Below are positions 25,627 through 39,203 of a stretch of 64,000 bases of DNA, piece after piece. Origin of the DNA: Takakia lepidozioides (lineage: Eukaryota; Plantae; Bryophyta); assembly GCA_030704615.1 (NCBI GenBank), contig CM060733.1, forward strand, positions 52,886,001 through 52,950,000, written 5' to 3'. Position 1 is the stretch's first letter. Every line of letters begins with the position of its first letter. The notes beneath the pieces were generated by a model. The model was not told where the DNA came from, made no database searches, and saw nothing but the letters and a program-made list of their open reading frames with translations. A program made the position numbers and the translations under genes.

Positions 25627-28600
25627 TGGTAATTACAAGACAACTGCACATTCAAAGAACAAAATAGTCATTTTTCAACGGCAGATCCTCTAAAGACTAT
25701 GCACCCCAAATACAAACGGATATGAGAAGGTCACCACTTCTGATCGTTATGCTCACCTTGGACCCTTGAGTGCGCGTCTCAATTCATCCGCTACGACTGC
25801 CTTCAACCCAGGCTCTCCAACATAAACTCCAACACAGTTCATCACTGCACCAAGCATATTTTTGTGGGCCATGGATCTAACAGCTATACACAAGTGCTTC
25901 AATCCTCTAAACGGCCAGCATCTCAATTGTTAGCTTTGCGAGGCCTCACAAACGCAGAAGAAGCTATATATACCATCCAAAACACATTCCTTAATGAAGA
26001 GTCATTGAAATATGAGATCATCACAAGTTCAACATGTATACAAATTATAGATGTTGATGACTGTACCTCCATAGCCGTAGATAGTCCCAAAAAGTGACAA
26101 CAATTTGGAAACTCGATTGCCTTCACACCAATGTCTGTAGAAAATATAACTTCTAGTATCTCATGATTCAAGCTATCTCGTATCTTCGATATTGTTTTGA
26201 TGGCCGATGGATCAATGTGCTCCACATACTTCAGACTTTCAATGCTGAAACGAATTCCTAAGCATAGTGCATTGCCAAGGAGCCTACATTTTTCAAAGAG
26301 CATTTGGTATATCTGCAAAACACAGAGTTATTATAGGCATGTTCTATATATATATATTATGTGCACTTGATGTACAAGTAATTAGGAAAGCAAATGTTCA
26401 ACGTCACTTGTCATTTTACCAATGCATTCACATCTTCCACAAATGTAGGACTCGATATAATCTGATAAACTGTTATATCACACAAATGTCTCGTTCCATA
26501 TTCATCCAATATTGTTTCTGTGCCTCCATTTGTTGAGTTTCGTCGGACACTCGCAACGCAATCAATGCTCCAATGTGTTGGGCTGGATGATGCATAATTA
26601 ACCTCCCACTTGTCCAGTGTTCTTTCAAATTCATTGGCTAGAGTTTTACCACACACATGGGCCACAATTACCTTTGTGGCTAGTACCGTCACTCTCGGAC
26701 GCCATAATTAGCCAACAAAAACATCAAATGCCCAAGAAAATTTGTCTGCACACATTTATTAACAATATAGTTAAACATTGTGAAATTAAGATTAACTAAA
26801 GGTACGAAAATCAAATAAATCATTAGAATTATATTTGCATAGACAAGATGAACAATTAACATGCATATTGCAAAATCGTTAATCACCTTAAATGTTTTCT
26901 TGTGCTCCAACACTCTTTTTGCTGTGGGTCTGAGGTGAAGGACAATGTCACATTCTCTCATTTGAAATATTCCCCTATACATTTGCACTAGTTATTAGCT
27001 GAAACTTCAAGAAACACTTATGAGACCTAATGAATTATATGAATGGATATAAGTAATAACCGAATAATACAAATAACTAAAGAAAAACCAGATTTGGACT
27101 CTCATTTGTCTAGTTAATAACAATTACAGCAGAGAGAGACTTGGAGTTACGTGACTAGACAGACGTACCTAGTATCTAGTGCTTTCCTCAACAGCTACTT
27201 ATGTTGTGAACGTGTCATCTGATTTTAAAATAAACTAACTGGATTGACATCCAATTGTGGTCGTGCAAATATCTGAGACACTTCTTAAGCCCTTATGTCG
27301 ATTGAAGTAAAAATCAGTGCATCATCATGGATCCATCAGGGGCAGGGCAGTCACAGTATCGGTAGAACCAGGAGTGTCTATTCCGTCGTTTAGCGATGAG
27401 ACTATGTCCAGTTTGGATAAGAGCAAAGATAGAGAAAGAGAGATTTCAGTTAGAAAGCAATCCTAAATATCGTTTGTGTAAGTACCAACTGTAGGGGTCA
27501 AATTGAAGAAATTGAAGTCAACCTTCAAGCAACGCTTGGCTGCTTTAGACATAGTGGTACAGTGGGCTTTGGGAGAGAAGGTGAGATTGGTCAATCTCCC
27601 ACGGGTGAAGAGGTTGTAGACCTTTCTCTCGATAATATCGAGGACTTATAGTGGCTTAGGTGCCTCACGGAGTTGAATTACTGGCCCCTATTTTGGCACC
27701 GGTAGGGAGTGGTGAGTAGGGTTTAGGGCACTCTAACTTCGATCAGCGATTAATTGCCTGGTTTCTAGTGCTCTGTGTTTCAACCTCCATTTCCACTGCA
27801 AAGCAATGTAGATAAGGTAGAAGGTCTCGGTAATGGCTTCCTGGTTTAAAAAGCTCTCTTCTGGAAAATACTTCTGTCTCCTCTCTCTGCTTGCCCTCTA
27901 ATGAAGAACAGGTGACTGGCACAACACCCATTAGCCAAAGACATCCCATCTGTGTGAGGTACAAGCCTACATAAGCACTGTTGTTATCAACAGTGTGCTT
28001 GCTGCTATGATGTCAAGGCTCCTACTAACTTACAATCAGCACTGCATCCCCATGGTTGTGGATTATACGTGAGAGCTATGGCAATTAAATGCAAAGCAGT
28101 TCATGGGAAACAAACCAAGAAGGAAAAAAACCTTCTAGGAAAAAAAATACACGGGCAAAGATTAAAGGAAAACCTCACGGGGAAAAGTATAGAAGAAAAA
28201 CCAATTCCGCAAAGGGAAAAATCTCAATAGGGGAAAGGTGCATTGGGGAAAAATAAATACACCAAGGAAAAATCCAAATAGGGAAAATGCAGTAGGAAAA
28301 AATAAATACACCGGGGAAAATCAGGAAGGGAAAATCAACGGGGTAATTGTTTCCTGTGAACGGTGGGAAGTACGCAAACATTTCCACTGTTGCACAGTTC
28401 CCTCTGACGTATAAATCAGTACGAATATCTAAGGGCATTTTTCCCTTTTCCCCATGAGGGAATCGTTCTAAAGCTCCTTGTGTTAAACTCGTCAAAACCT
28501 AATTCTGGACGGTGTCTTAGCTTAGGTTCGTTCCAAACCAAGCCAAAATACTTGTCATGTGCATGAAACACTTGTGATTCAATACTAGTATGGTTAGAAG

Positions 28601-31270
28601 CTCATTAAACACCGCAAGCTCAGAAAATAACATAAAAATGATGGCAGTTCTGGGCTTCAATGTGATAGATCTCCTGCTATGTAGAGAATTCCTCTCACCT
28701 CCAGCATCATGTCTTCATATATTGATCCAACAATTAAATCCTTTCACTGTGCTAGTGGTCCTAGAAGCTCCGAGGATCGATCAACTAGAAAGGACCATTT
28801 CACTTCCTGTGATACTCACTGTCACTCAAAGCGTCCAAGCGGCCACGGGATCGTCATCGCGGCTTCTTTGCACGCCTTTTCCTACCGTTTGTTTTCAACT
28901 CTGCCACGTTGCAGTTTTGAATCGGAAAGCGACCTCTATTTGAACTGTCGTCGTGGACTGCGGAAATTCATCATCAGTTACTGACTCGTCAGACGGACGA
29001 ATGAGAGACCCACCATCTGTCTCTATCCATCCCTTTTGGTCAATAGATGATTGAACAGGCCAGTTACAGTACAATTTATTTCATATGTCCGATGGTCTGA
29101 CATGTGGATGTGGATGTGGATTTGGGATATTCGATTCGATTCCTTTCTCGTACAACCCTAATTACCCGCAAAAATTAAACGAGATAATTAATAATAATAC
29201 TGTCCGCTACCGGCCAAACGGCCACACTATACCGGCTGCAGGAAGTCACCGACGGGTGCCAGCCTGTATCTCCGTGACGTGGTGATCTCTAGACGTAGGG
29301 ACACGCGGCAGGTCAAGACCCGCAGAAAGGTTTATTTATGTATTTGATTTATTATTTAAGGATATCTTCTATCCCGATTTCCATAGGAAAAAACAATAAA
29401 AAATCCGTTCAATCCCTTTCCTCAGAAAAAAAAAAAAAACCCCAAATCGAGGAATGCATCGGAAATACCGTCCCGGAGTCAGGCCGGCTTTCACATGCTA
29501 TATTGAAAGGGGGTTAATTTTTCCCCCGCCTCAAGGGCCTGAATTGTGGGCTGTCGCTCCCAGGTTTCTTTGAATATATATATATATTTCTTGTTTTTTT
29601 GTTTTGTTTTTTCTTAATAAATTGAATTTAAAATGAACAAAACTTAAAATAAGATAAGAGAGAACAAGGATAGAATTTATTGGAATTCGGAGAGGCGAAA
29701 GTATCGGATAAAGTAGGATTTAATGCTGTGGCGAGGCTACCACCCTGGACTTATTTTATTTCAAAGAAGAGCTGTCATCCATGTTGGGAGGATGTATGAA
29801 CGAACGGGTCAACTTCTCATCCGTAGGGATTTCCTTAGTCAGCACGGTTTAGTGAGTTGCAAATGTACCGACAAGCACGGACAAACTCACTAACGGAACA
29901 CGGCAGGCTCACTAAAACCGGATGATTTAAATATTATTTATCCACCACATGTATCCATAATTTTTGGGTGCCACGTCTCAAATTTCTCAATCCACAAAGA
30001 TGCTTAAATAAAAATAAAAATGAAAGAAATAATTAGGTGCCGTTAACTGCGGTTAAATGGTATTCTAACCCGCAGTCAAGAGCCGGTAAGGGTTAGGTGG
30101 ACCACTTTGTACGGGGATATCTCGGCCGTTCGAGCTAACCAGAGGAAATCAGGGCCGCGCGATGAGAGGAATCGGGCGGCCAGGGGACTGACAGCGGACG
30201 AGGTTAGGCTAGGCAAAAGTAAGATAAGAAAGGGCACCAGCGAGGGTAAAACGGAGGGCTAGCCCTAACCCTGGAGCAGGGGCTAGGCCTGGGGTGGGGG
30301 AGAGAGAGAGACGAGAGTGTGGGGAGCTTTACTGTGGTGGGGTGTGTAAGAGAGAGAGAGAGAGAGTGTGTGTGTGTGTGTGGGGTTTGGACGAGGTGCA
30401 GGAAGCCGGGGCATCTGTGGGGAGTCTGTTGGGGGAAGGAGGAGGGGAGAAGAGTAATAAAGAGGCTTGTTTTGAGCTGTATTTGCTTGCCATTCTGGGT
30501 TGGAAGTGTCTTGGGTTGAGTGGCAGGGGTATTTATTGTGTTGGCGCTTATGCCGGCGATCATCCTGGAAGAAAGTCGTGTTGGCTGTTTGTGAGGGGAT
30601 CTTGGCAGCTTTTGTAGAGTGGTTGGAGTGGGATCGGGGTGTGGTGTTGGGGACAGGAGTGGTGGTGCCCTAACATGAAGGGATGCGCATGGTGCCGGAG
30701 TGGAGCTCTTAGGGTTCAGCCCATGCGAGGGTTTAGGTGTTTGCATGGGGGCTTGAAGTTGGAGGTTTGGACAATGGAGTCAGACAACAGCAGGTAGGGG
30801 ATGTCCCGGAATTGCGGGCCGATCTTGTAAAGGTGACACCTTGGAGTTTCATGAGTGTGAGCATGAATGTGACAGGCAGCGGGGACTAAGTTTGATTGCT
30901 GGAAAGTACTGCATGGACATGCAAATTTGCTTGTTAAGGCTTAGTTTTCTTACGCAAGTGCGAGTCCGGCAATCCAAGTCAATGCAGTTGATGAACTTCC
31001 AGGAGTGATATCTTGTCAAAAGCGCATTTGTCGATGCGTGAGCATCGAGGAGAAGGGGCGGAGTTTGATGAGAGAAGAGGGCAGGAGGGAGGGGAGTGAG
31101 GGCGTATTCAAGTTAAGGGTGGGGAAAGCATCCACTCGCTGGCGCCTGAAAAGGACGCGCCCAGAGGGTGCGCTGCCTTGCTGTGTTGCACGTGTTGTTG
31201 TTGGCCGTCCAACGAAGGTCCCGAGCACCTCAAGGTGGCCTCACGCCCACCCGTGCACGGGGATGCTGAC

Positions 31271-33923
31271 ATGGCCCCCTCTGCACCATTACCTCTTCCC
31301 CCGCCCATGCCTTCGCCTGCATTTTTAGGAGCTGAGCCTGATCATCCATCTAATGGCCACAACCTGCCTTCGCTTGCCAAGTACCCTACAAAGAGTAACC
31401 TAAAAAGCTCTTCTTCTCCCTCCTCATCCCAGGCACCTCACACCTCACAGACTGGAAATGGTGCCATGGACCCTGGAACTAGAATTACACGGACTCCTGA
31501 CCCTTATGAGAAAAGTGAGGCAGGACCGGAGCAAGGTGCGGATGGAGATTCTAGCGAGAGGGAGAAGCGGGAATCCAAAGTGCAATGGAATGATTCTCAT
31601 GGGAAGGAGTTGACACAAGTTTGGGAGTTTGAAGCTAGGTCAGCATTTCACTCTTTCCAGTCCTCAGCATTGTCGTCTGTTGATTGTCAGGGTTTCCTAT
31701 CTTGTTAATAGATAAGGGTCATACAGCTTTATAGGTTTCCCATGATCATGCGTGTGCTACTCTATGCTCTCCTCAATGTGGGTGTTTGTGTTCTTACTGA
31801 CCAGTTTTCTTTGTATGGGGCTAGCCAGTGAGATTCGCTTACAAGTGATTATTCAGTATCATTTGTGGGATGGATATGCCCCAATTGCTACCTCCCTCCC
31901 TGTGTGCAATGTGAATAATCTAGTCACTGTCTCTGTCTCCATCCTTCATGTATTCCTTTTCGTCAACATGTCACCTGGTTCTTGCTGTCCTGCCTCCCCT
32001 AAGTGATGGTTCTTACAAACTAGCTCAAATTCAGATTACTTGCCCAGCCTTACTGTGTAAGGGTGAGGCATTATCCCGAGGGGCTTCCAGTACATAGGCC
32101 CTGTAATACGAGGGCAGAACCCTGCATAAAGCCCTATGAAATTTTGGATCTATGCCATAGATCCAACAGCTGGATGAGCATTACACGATTTTCCCCGTGT
32201 TGCAGGGTTCTTACATGTAAGCTCCCGCCCACGGGGGAGCTCACGTGTGACGCCCTAATACCCCCGATTCTGCTCTATAACCGCCCCATAAAGCTATGAG
32301 AAAAAATTTCATAGGGCTTTACGCTGTGTGGAGGTTTGTTGGGTTGAACACCATTGGTGGATCACATGTAAAAAAGTAAAGGTTAGGAGGAGATGTGCAT
32401 ATAAGTGAAGGCCTGAAGCAAGGGTCTGTTCCCCTGCTTACATGCCCATTAGGATGCCAGTATACAAGAGGACCTCCAGGAGTGCAGCCTCTTGCCTTTT
32501 TCCTTTGTTTTGTTGTGCCTTGCAATTTCCCAGCATTTATGAATGTATCTGAAGCCATTTCAGCTGGATGTTTCTATTCTGTTTTGCTGCACAAACTCTA
32601 TCCCAGGTAGTGGAATCATGGTTTATTTCAATTGCCTTGGGTTTAAAGGTAAGGTTGTGGAGGGACAGCTGTGCTGAGGTTTTGATGTTGTTGTTGGGTG
32701 ATATGACAAATGGATTGGAGAATGGAGCCCAAAGATGGATCATTGTTCATCCGGGGCGGGGTAGTTTTGTGGTCTGGGAAGGGCTGTCAGTGTCATGTTT
32801 GTTCATGGGGGATTGGCTTTTGGCATTCTTAAAAAGATTACAGGGTTATCTTAGTGAACCTCACCTTTGGGCTGCATTTCAGTTATTACCTGAAATTGTG
32901 CTCTGATGAGTTTCTCGCACTTCACCTTCTTAGGCTTGTACTAGGTTTTCCGAAGGACCTGAAATTACTAAACTCTGCATAAGTTGCCTTCCAAGTTGCA
33001 TTGAAGCCTATCATGATAGGCACCCAGGCTTGGGATTCGCTCATGGACCCTGGCCAGTGGAATTTCTAGCATCATTTACAGATTTAAGAGCATACTGTGC
33101 TAGCACTGCTCACTAGACTCAGTGGGGTTGTTCCCCGGTGTTCTGAAATTGTAGCTTGGAGGTTGACATGGTGAAATGTGTCCACAGAACCCTAGATCTG
33201 CTAGCCAAAACTGGCCCTTGCTATCTTGCTAGTGTAGAGTTAGATTATATTATTAGGATTTAATTGCTTTGCTTCTGAATTGCAGTATCTAGGTTGTGTT
33301 ATTATTCAGTGTTATACACACTAGAGGCTTGGTGCTATCTTGCTTCGGCTGAAAGCTCTGCAACCTGCTTGTTTTCTGTTTTCTGGACAATGATCATGTT
33401 TCTCAGCTAGAAGTACCTTTAACAATGAAGATGCTTTCTTCATCTGTGTTTTGCTGCTTGACAGCCTCTCACTGTGCTTCCGAGAGGTCAGGTTGTAGTG
33501 TTTAAGTGCCAGTACTGATGCCGAGGGCTTTCCAAGAGATTAAAATACATTCTATGGCTTGAGTCTTGCATCTCAGATTGCAAGTTGCATCTGAAGATCC
33601 TCAGGAAGTACTTGTTGGAAGTAGTTCTGGTATGAAAATAACTGCTACCCTCTACTATTTTGCATGACCATATGCCTGTGTTAGCACCTTTACCCCCCTG
33701 TTTCTGGCTGTCCCTGGAAATCTTTCCCCTTTGTATTGGCTACCTTTGCCTTGATGTAATTAATGCCGGTAGATCTTTGCTTCATGGTATTATTTTTCTT
33801 GCAACACTCTTTAATGGTTGGCTGGTTGACTTGGCTGGATGGTTTAACAGCGATACTGGTGACTCCGAAGATGATGATGATGATGCTGATTCGTCTCAAA
33901 CTTGCACATGTGTGATCCAATAA
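31271..33923 (+). CDS. Uncharacterised plant protein with KSNLK, RVxF-like KVQW and C-terminal CaaX motifs; exons 31271-31638 and 33851-33923 (true start may be upstream)
   Basis: KVQWNDSHGKELTQVWEFEA joins via GT(31639)..AG(33850) to SDTGDSEDDDDDADSSQTCTCVIQ*. This matches a conserved plant family pattern (KVQWxDxxGxELxxxxEFE...CxCxIx). Confidence 0.75.
32129..32319. mobile_element. MITE (191 bp) with 17-bp TIRs and TA target duplication, in an intron
   Basis: TA-AAGCCCTATGAAATTTT ... AAAATTTCATAGGGCTT-TA. Confidence 0.75.
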
Positions 33924-35104
33924 TGTTGGCGGGGAAGAACTTTGAATTTTTGCCAAAGTTTTGAGTATATTGGATGGGGGTGTATATTTATAACTGCCTT
34001 GTGGGGACCACTGCTAGGGGCTTGGCAACTATAGGTGATATGGCTTTGTTTCATAATGAGGGAAGGTCTCCAGGTCCTCAGTGTTTTGTACAAGACTGGA
34101 GCAAGCAACACTTCACAAATTTGTAATGTTACTCAAAAGAAGAACATGCAGCTTCCAGCCAGGAAAGTTGTGTAGTAGCTGGTGGTCTGAGCACAGCACA
34201 AGTTGGGAGGATTTGGCAGATGTAGGGGTCTGAGGCTATTTGTTTATCCTCTGGATAAGGCTATATCCTCCCCCAAGGAAAGTTCTGTATGGTTGCCAGC
34301 GGCTGGGGCATTGGTGTGAATAGCATTTGTTCGCAGGCCCTAGCTGGAAAGAGACTTGGGGTTTGTTGGCCAATCAGGATTTTCTGGAGGACGAATTTTT
34401 CCAAGACGAGATATTTTCTTTTCCAGGTGGTTGCCAATGACAGTCTCTATAGCTGTGGGAAATCTAGGATATTGTGATAAAGGCAGGGTCTCAACACAGT
34501 CACTATCACTTCTCAAGCTGTGTCAGGGTTAGCTGCCCTATTTGCGCAACAGGCCATTTTTTCGCCTAAGGTTGTCCCCATAGGTGGAGCAGTGGGGAAC
34601 ATTGTATTTTTCTGTGTAGAATTGAACACAGTCTCGAGACATCCTGTTCTAGAGTGATGGTATGGTTTTCCTTTAGTGATATGTGGTGATAGATAAGGAA
34701 TTTAAACTCTCAGGTTTGTCAGAACTAACCTGAGACGGAGGGTTGTATACATGCGATTGACACAATTGGGCCCAGTTTCTTCAGTGTTGGTGGATTGCCA
34801 CAGTAATGTTCATGCATGCAGCCTCCCTGGATGCATCTCCTCTTGTGTTTTGCCTTGAGCTCTTATTTTTTGAAACCAAATTAGTGACTACATGTGGAGA
34901 GCTCTATGTAGCACTCATGTGCCCTGTAATGGGCAGGGTACGGCAACACTATCAATCTGGGATGTTAATTGTACATGCATTTCATTATGTTGAATCCAGT
35001 GGAATTCAGTGGTGTCAAGTCTAAACGAACGAACTACACTCATCACTGTCCTTCATACTACACTGTACAGTAGTTCTGGTTCTGGGTAGCAATCTCGTTG
35101 TTAA

Positions 35105-36236
35105 CCCTTAAGTGCCCAGACTCATTTTCACCCTCTCGTGGAAAAACATGACCCTGGCCCACAAAAACATTTTTATCTGGAAAATCTCTATGTCCCTGTA
35201 AATGACCGTTGGAATTACTTCCCACCTAACCCCACCTCCTGCCACAAAAAGTTTCATCAAATTCCAACCGCCAGATCAGAAGATTATAAAGTGTAGAGTG
35301 GGGACAAAAAAAACTCTTCACTAAGAAATAGGTGCCAAAAAAAGCAGTTTTTTGCTCGTATTTGGGCAGTTTTAATTTCTCTTTTTTTGAGAGTCTCAAG
35401 AATGTTGTACCATACCTGATAACACACATCCTCATAATTTTTCAGTTTTTTCTGAAATGTTCTCAAGTGGCTCCTTTGTAGTGACAAATTGGGGGTCAAA
35501 ATATGCCATTTTCTTTGGGCAGGCCAAAATATCTCTTGCTAAAATTATACAAACAAATTCAGCCGTTCAATTCCTAATCCCTCCGGTTGAAGTGTCATGA
35601 ACATCCATATGAGATCCCAAAAAAAGTTTGGGACCAATCGGTAATTGCCCTCACATCTTTAGGTTCCCTGCCCAAGACTTCAAATGGCACACCTATGTTA
35701 TAGCCTGCAGGCCTAGGATATTTGGAGCCATAGCCCAGAAGGGCAGGGCGTTTGGGAGCTCCTCTGGCTTACCCGCTTTCATGGGGGGCCACTCCACCCT
35801 CAACCCTCTCAAACCCCCGCCCTAGGTTTGGCCCACCCCTCGTGGCGTTTTTCTCGAGCCCCGAGCTATGCCGCCATCGCGGCTGCACTCCCTCCAGCCC
35901 ACCCTGCATGGCGTTGGCCGGAGCTGCCACCGTCGTCAGGCTAGGACCTTTATGGGGTATCTTTCAGTCACCCTAACCTGACCGCAGTTGCCATGTCAGC
36001 AACTTGGGCAGGTTAGGGGGGCCGAATTGGCCTCAAAAAGCTGAGTGTGCCCCCTTCCAATTGGTCTAGACCCGTACCCCTTTAGGCATTGACCAATCGG
36101 CCAATGCCATATGAAGGGGGACCCAATTTTCGATCGATTGAGCCCAAAAAAGGCCCAATCAGCCTTAACCAATTGAACTTATGGCTGGTTAAGTAAACCC
36201 AACCGACCGAGAATGGGTCGCTTGGGCACTTAAGGG
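35105..36236. mobile_element. piggyBac-like non-autonomous DNA transposon (1132 bp)
   Basis: TTAA target duplication (35101-04, 36237-40), perfect 14-bp TIR CCCTTAAGTGCCCA, and an imperfect inner inverted repeat with asymmetric spacer. No transposase ORF. Confidence 0.8.
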
Positions 36237-37395
36237 TTAAGGGCAGTTGATGCAGATTACTTCAATGTGAGCAGGAAGCCTAAATTACGGAATCTTGCTT
36301 ACGCATGCTTCCATCCCTGCCTACTTGATATTGAAGTTATCTCTTAAGGGTCCCAAACTCGGCATGAGTACCCTGAGTTTGGCCAAAACTGGGCATGAGA
36401 CTCAATATATATTTTATATTTTATATCTGATGCCTCCCCAAGGAAGCGTATATTATGGTGTCTCTTCACCCCGAAGGGTTACTGCATTCGGTAAGGAAGG
36501 TGGACATCTTCGTGACAACCCACAACCACTTCCGAGGTCGTACCCATTACCACTAGGCTATAACTTGGTTGTCCATGAGACTCAAAACTCAGGACGTGAG
36601 GGTACCAGGGCTTCGCATCGCTCCGCACGGGTAGGGACAACTTCTGAGAACAACGTCCAGATAGATGAGCTAAACTCAAGTTTTATGAAAAGATGGAAAA
36701 AAAAAAAAAAAAAAAAAAAAGATGAAAAGATGAAAATTTATTGGCTCTCTCTAAGAGAGACTACGCAGCATGTTAAAGTCAATGGAAAAAATGTGGTCAA
36801 AGACCTTACACAGTGTCAAGGCACCGTTTGGGTGCGTTCTGCTGAGTCATCCTCCCTAGTTTTCCCTTCCTCTTATGTTATGCCAAAAGCAAGAGAGACC
36901 ATTGCAATTGTCTCACGCTCGAGGACGCGGGGACATCATCATCTCTTCCCCGAGCTGCAAGACACCTCTCCCCATTATTTTCGGGCGGTCCGGGCATGTT
37001 CTTAATAAAAATGACGATGATGTGGCTGACGACAATGACATGTCTACGATGACGTGTCTACAATGACGTGGCACTATGGCACCCTATACCTGCTCTCCGC
37101 TATAGTCTCCTACCTTCGGTCGTCACTAGAATTAGAAAAAAAACACGGGGTCCAGGGCATAGGTTGCCCGGGATGATCTGCCGCGCAGAGCCTCCGAGGT
37201 TTTTTTTTTGTTTTTGTTTTTGTTTTTGGTTGGTTGTGTAAAAAGAAGAAGAAGACGACTCCCAAAGCTAAACTAAAAACTAACTTCATCTCTGTCTTGC
37301 CCCCGCTTCGTCGTCAGTATTGAATTTCTCCTCTGCCTTCTTCTTAGTCTTTCTCGTTGTCATTCTCCCCTCTGAGCGAGCTCAAGCTTCGACTA

Positions 37396-38530
37396 TGGCA
37401 TCGTTTGTTTCTGTTGTCCCCCTTCGTCGCACGGACAACACATACAGAAGGGATGATAGAAGTCGTCCAAGGAATTCTAACAGAAGGGAGACTCGTGTCG
37501 AACGGGGGGTTTTGGGCCACGCCCCTGCTGAGTTCCACCCCTCTCCAGACAGATCTCCGCAGAACTGGAGCGAGGCGGCTGGCAAATTTGATGAAAACCA
37601 ACCGATTCTAAGCCTTGATATGAATATCATAAAAGAGCACTCCAACACCCTCAAGGAGCAGGGAATCTTGGTTCACTTTCCTGGACGTGCCAGAGATAGG
37701 TACTGGGCGCGCCAATGGGCCTTAGAACATGTGGGAGCAGACGGAGGTCTCACGCAACACTTCTGCATCCCGTTGGGCCGGGGTTTTTACTCCATAATGT
37801 TCTCTTCTGCTGAATATGTGAACAAGGCCTTAGGCTTCAACACCTCTCTTTCAAGGGTCAGAGTTAACATTTTTCCATGGTCTCCGGAATGGGGCCATAA
37901 AGGGGGAGCTACATGCAAGCCAAGAGTGATTGCACTGCCGTTCCTTCCTGGAAACTACCTTTGCTCGCTCCCAGAAATTTTCGGTTCCTATGTTGGAGCA
38001 ATCACTGTCAACGACCATGAGGTCACGGATCCGAGGAGTATCGACACTGATCATACGGCTTTTGACATTCACAGAGATAGCGGAGTACCCAGGATTGTGG
38101 TACTCATGCCAGAGTCGACCCGGATCCCAGTTGCTATTAAGCTTCTTACTCTAGATAACTCGTTTATCTGTGTAGTGGTACAGGAGGAATTTCTCTCTGT
38201 TGTTTGTCATTTCTGTCACAGGGAAGGACATGTCAAAGTTGACTGTCCAGATATACCCAAAAGAAACCAGGACCCTGCTCCATCTCACAGAAAAGCTAAC
38301 TTTGTCTCTGATCAGAGGGTGATGCAGGATTTCACAACACCTTTGACGAGGAAGCGCCCTGACTTGGCGGTGGCGGAGCTGCCCCTGGCCAAGAGGGCTC
38401 GCGGCTTGCCTTCTTCTGTCAGCCCGCGGGTTTTCCTGCTTCCTGCCAAGTTCCCCCTCTCTGCTAAGCAAAAATCAGCTATACCGGCAACCTTCACGCT
38501 TAGAGACGGTTTACCTCAAGATTTTGCGTT
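37396..38530 (+). pseudogene. LINE ORF1 (DUF4283-like plus CCHC knuckle), 5' part; continues in frame at 48335
   Basis: LGRGFYSIMF, IFPWSPEW, CHFCHREGHVKVDC. Removing the insertion plus one TSD copy restores ...PQDFAF-LCLDKLKSF. Confidence 0.75.
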
Positions 38531-38706
38531 TGTCGTGCGCATACATATCACTACACAACTACATCGCTGTCCAAAACCACACAACACATGTGCATGCCAC
38601 ACACTAGTATACCACTAGTCCACCACTAGTCCAACCACTAGGCTACAACTAGTTAGTCAATAGGCTGCCACTATGCTGCCCACTATGGCAGTCACTAGTC
38701 CACACA
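38531..38706 (-). repeat. Terminal repeat segment A (outer copy)
   Basis: Direct repeat of 39039-39203; contains a CACTAG array. Confidence 0.92.
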
Positions 38707-38707
38707 A

Positions 38708-39036
38708 TGATAAAGAAGAAGAATACAAGCACAAGCTCATGAGAGCTCACAAAGCTGAAGCATAAACTCATGCATATATAACTTTATCACTCAAATACAA
38801 GTCAAGCCAAGTGCACCCCCCACGCCATGGGGAATCCACACTACGGCGCCATAGCTAGGCGCGGTGGTGCTCAACTCGAGAAAGATGAGCCTCCCGCGCT
38901 TGCCGTAAAGATAACCACTCCAGGGCCTAAATCTGCCTTGATCCCTGGATTGACACTTGGGCCAATCCCAAATGTCAATATGTAAGAGCTAGCTATTTCC
39001 TAGCTAGTTTCACACTAGTGGTAAAATAACTTGACA
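38708..39036 (-). repeat. Terminal repeat segment B (3' copy)
   Basis: Direct repeat of 48009-48330. Confidence 0.92.
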
Positions 39037-39038
39037 GC

Positions 39039-39203
39039 TGTTGTGCACATACATATCGTTACACAACTACATCGCTGTCCAAAACCACACAACACATGTG
39101 CACGCCACACACTAGTATATCACTAGTCCACCACTAGTCCAACCACTAGGCTACAACTAGTCAGTCACTAGGCTGCCCACTATGGCAGTCACTAGTCCAC
39201 ACA
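39039..39203 (-). repeat. Terminal repeat segment A (inner copy), preceded in sense by PPT-like AGGGGGGCGAT (39204-39214)
   Basis: Direct repeat of 38531-38706; joined to B through CA-GC-TG. Confidence 0.92.

Noticed and set aside
27420-27740. Possible degenerate LINE ORF2 fragment (LQFDPYSW) on the minus strand
   Set aside because: Only one short motif; too weak to call.
28110-28345. GGAAAA-rich array, possibly transposon subterminal repeats
   Set aside because: No TIR or TSD could be identified.
30204-30746. ORFs over the GA/GT-rich region, and ORF 36295-37005
   Set aside because: Low-complexity microsatellite or poly-A derived frames with no recognisable domain; the former is likely 5' UTR of the downstream gene.
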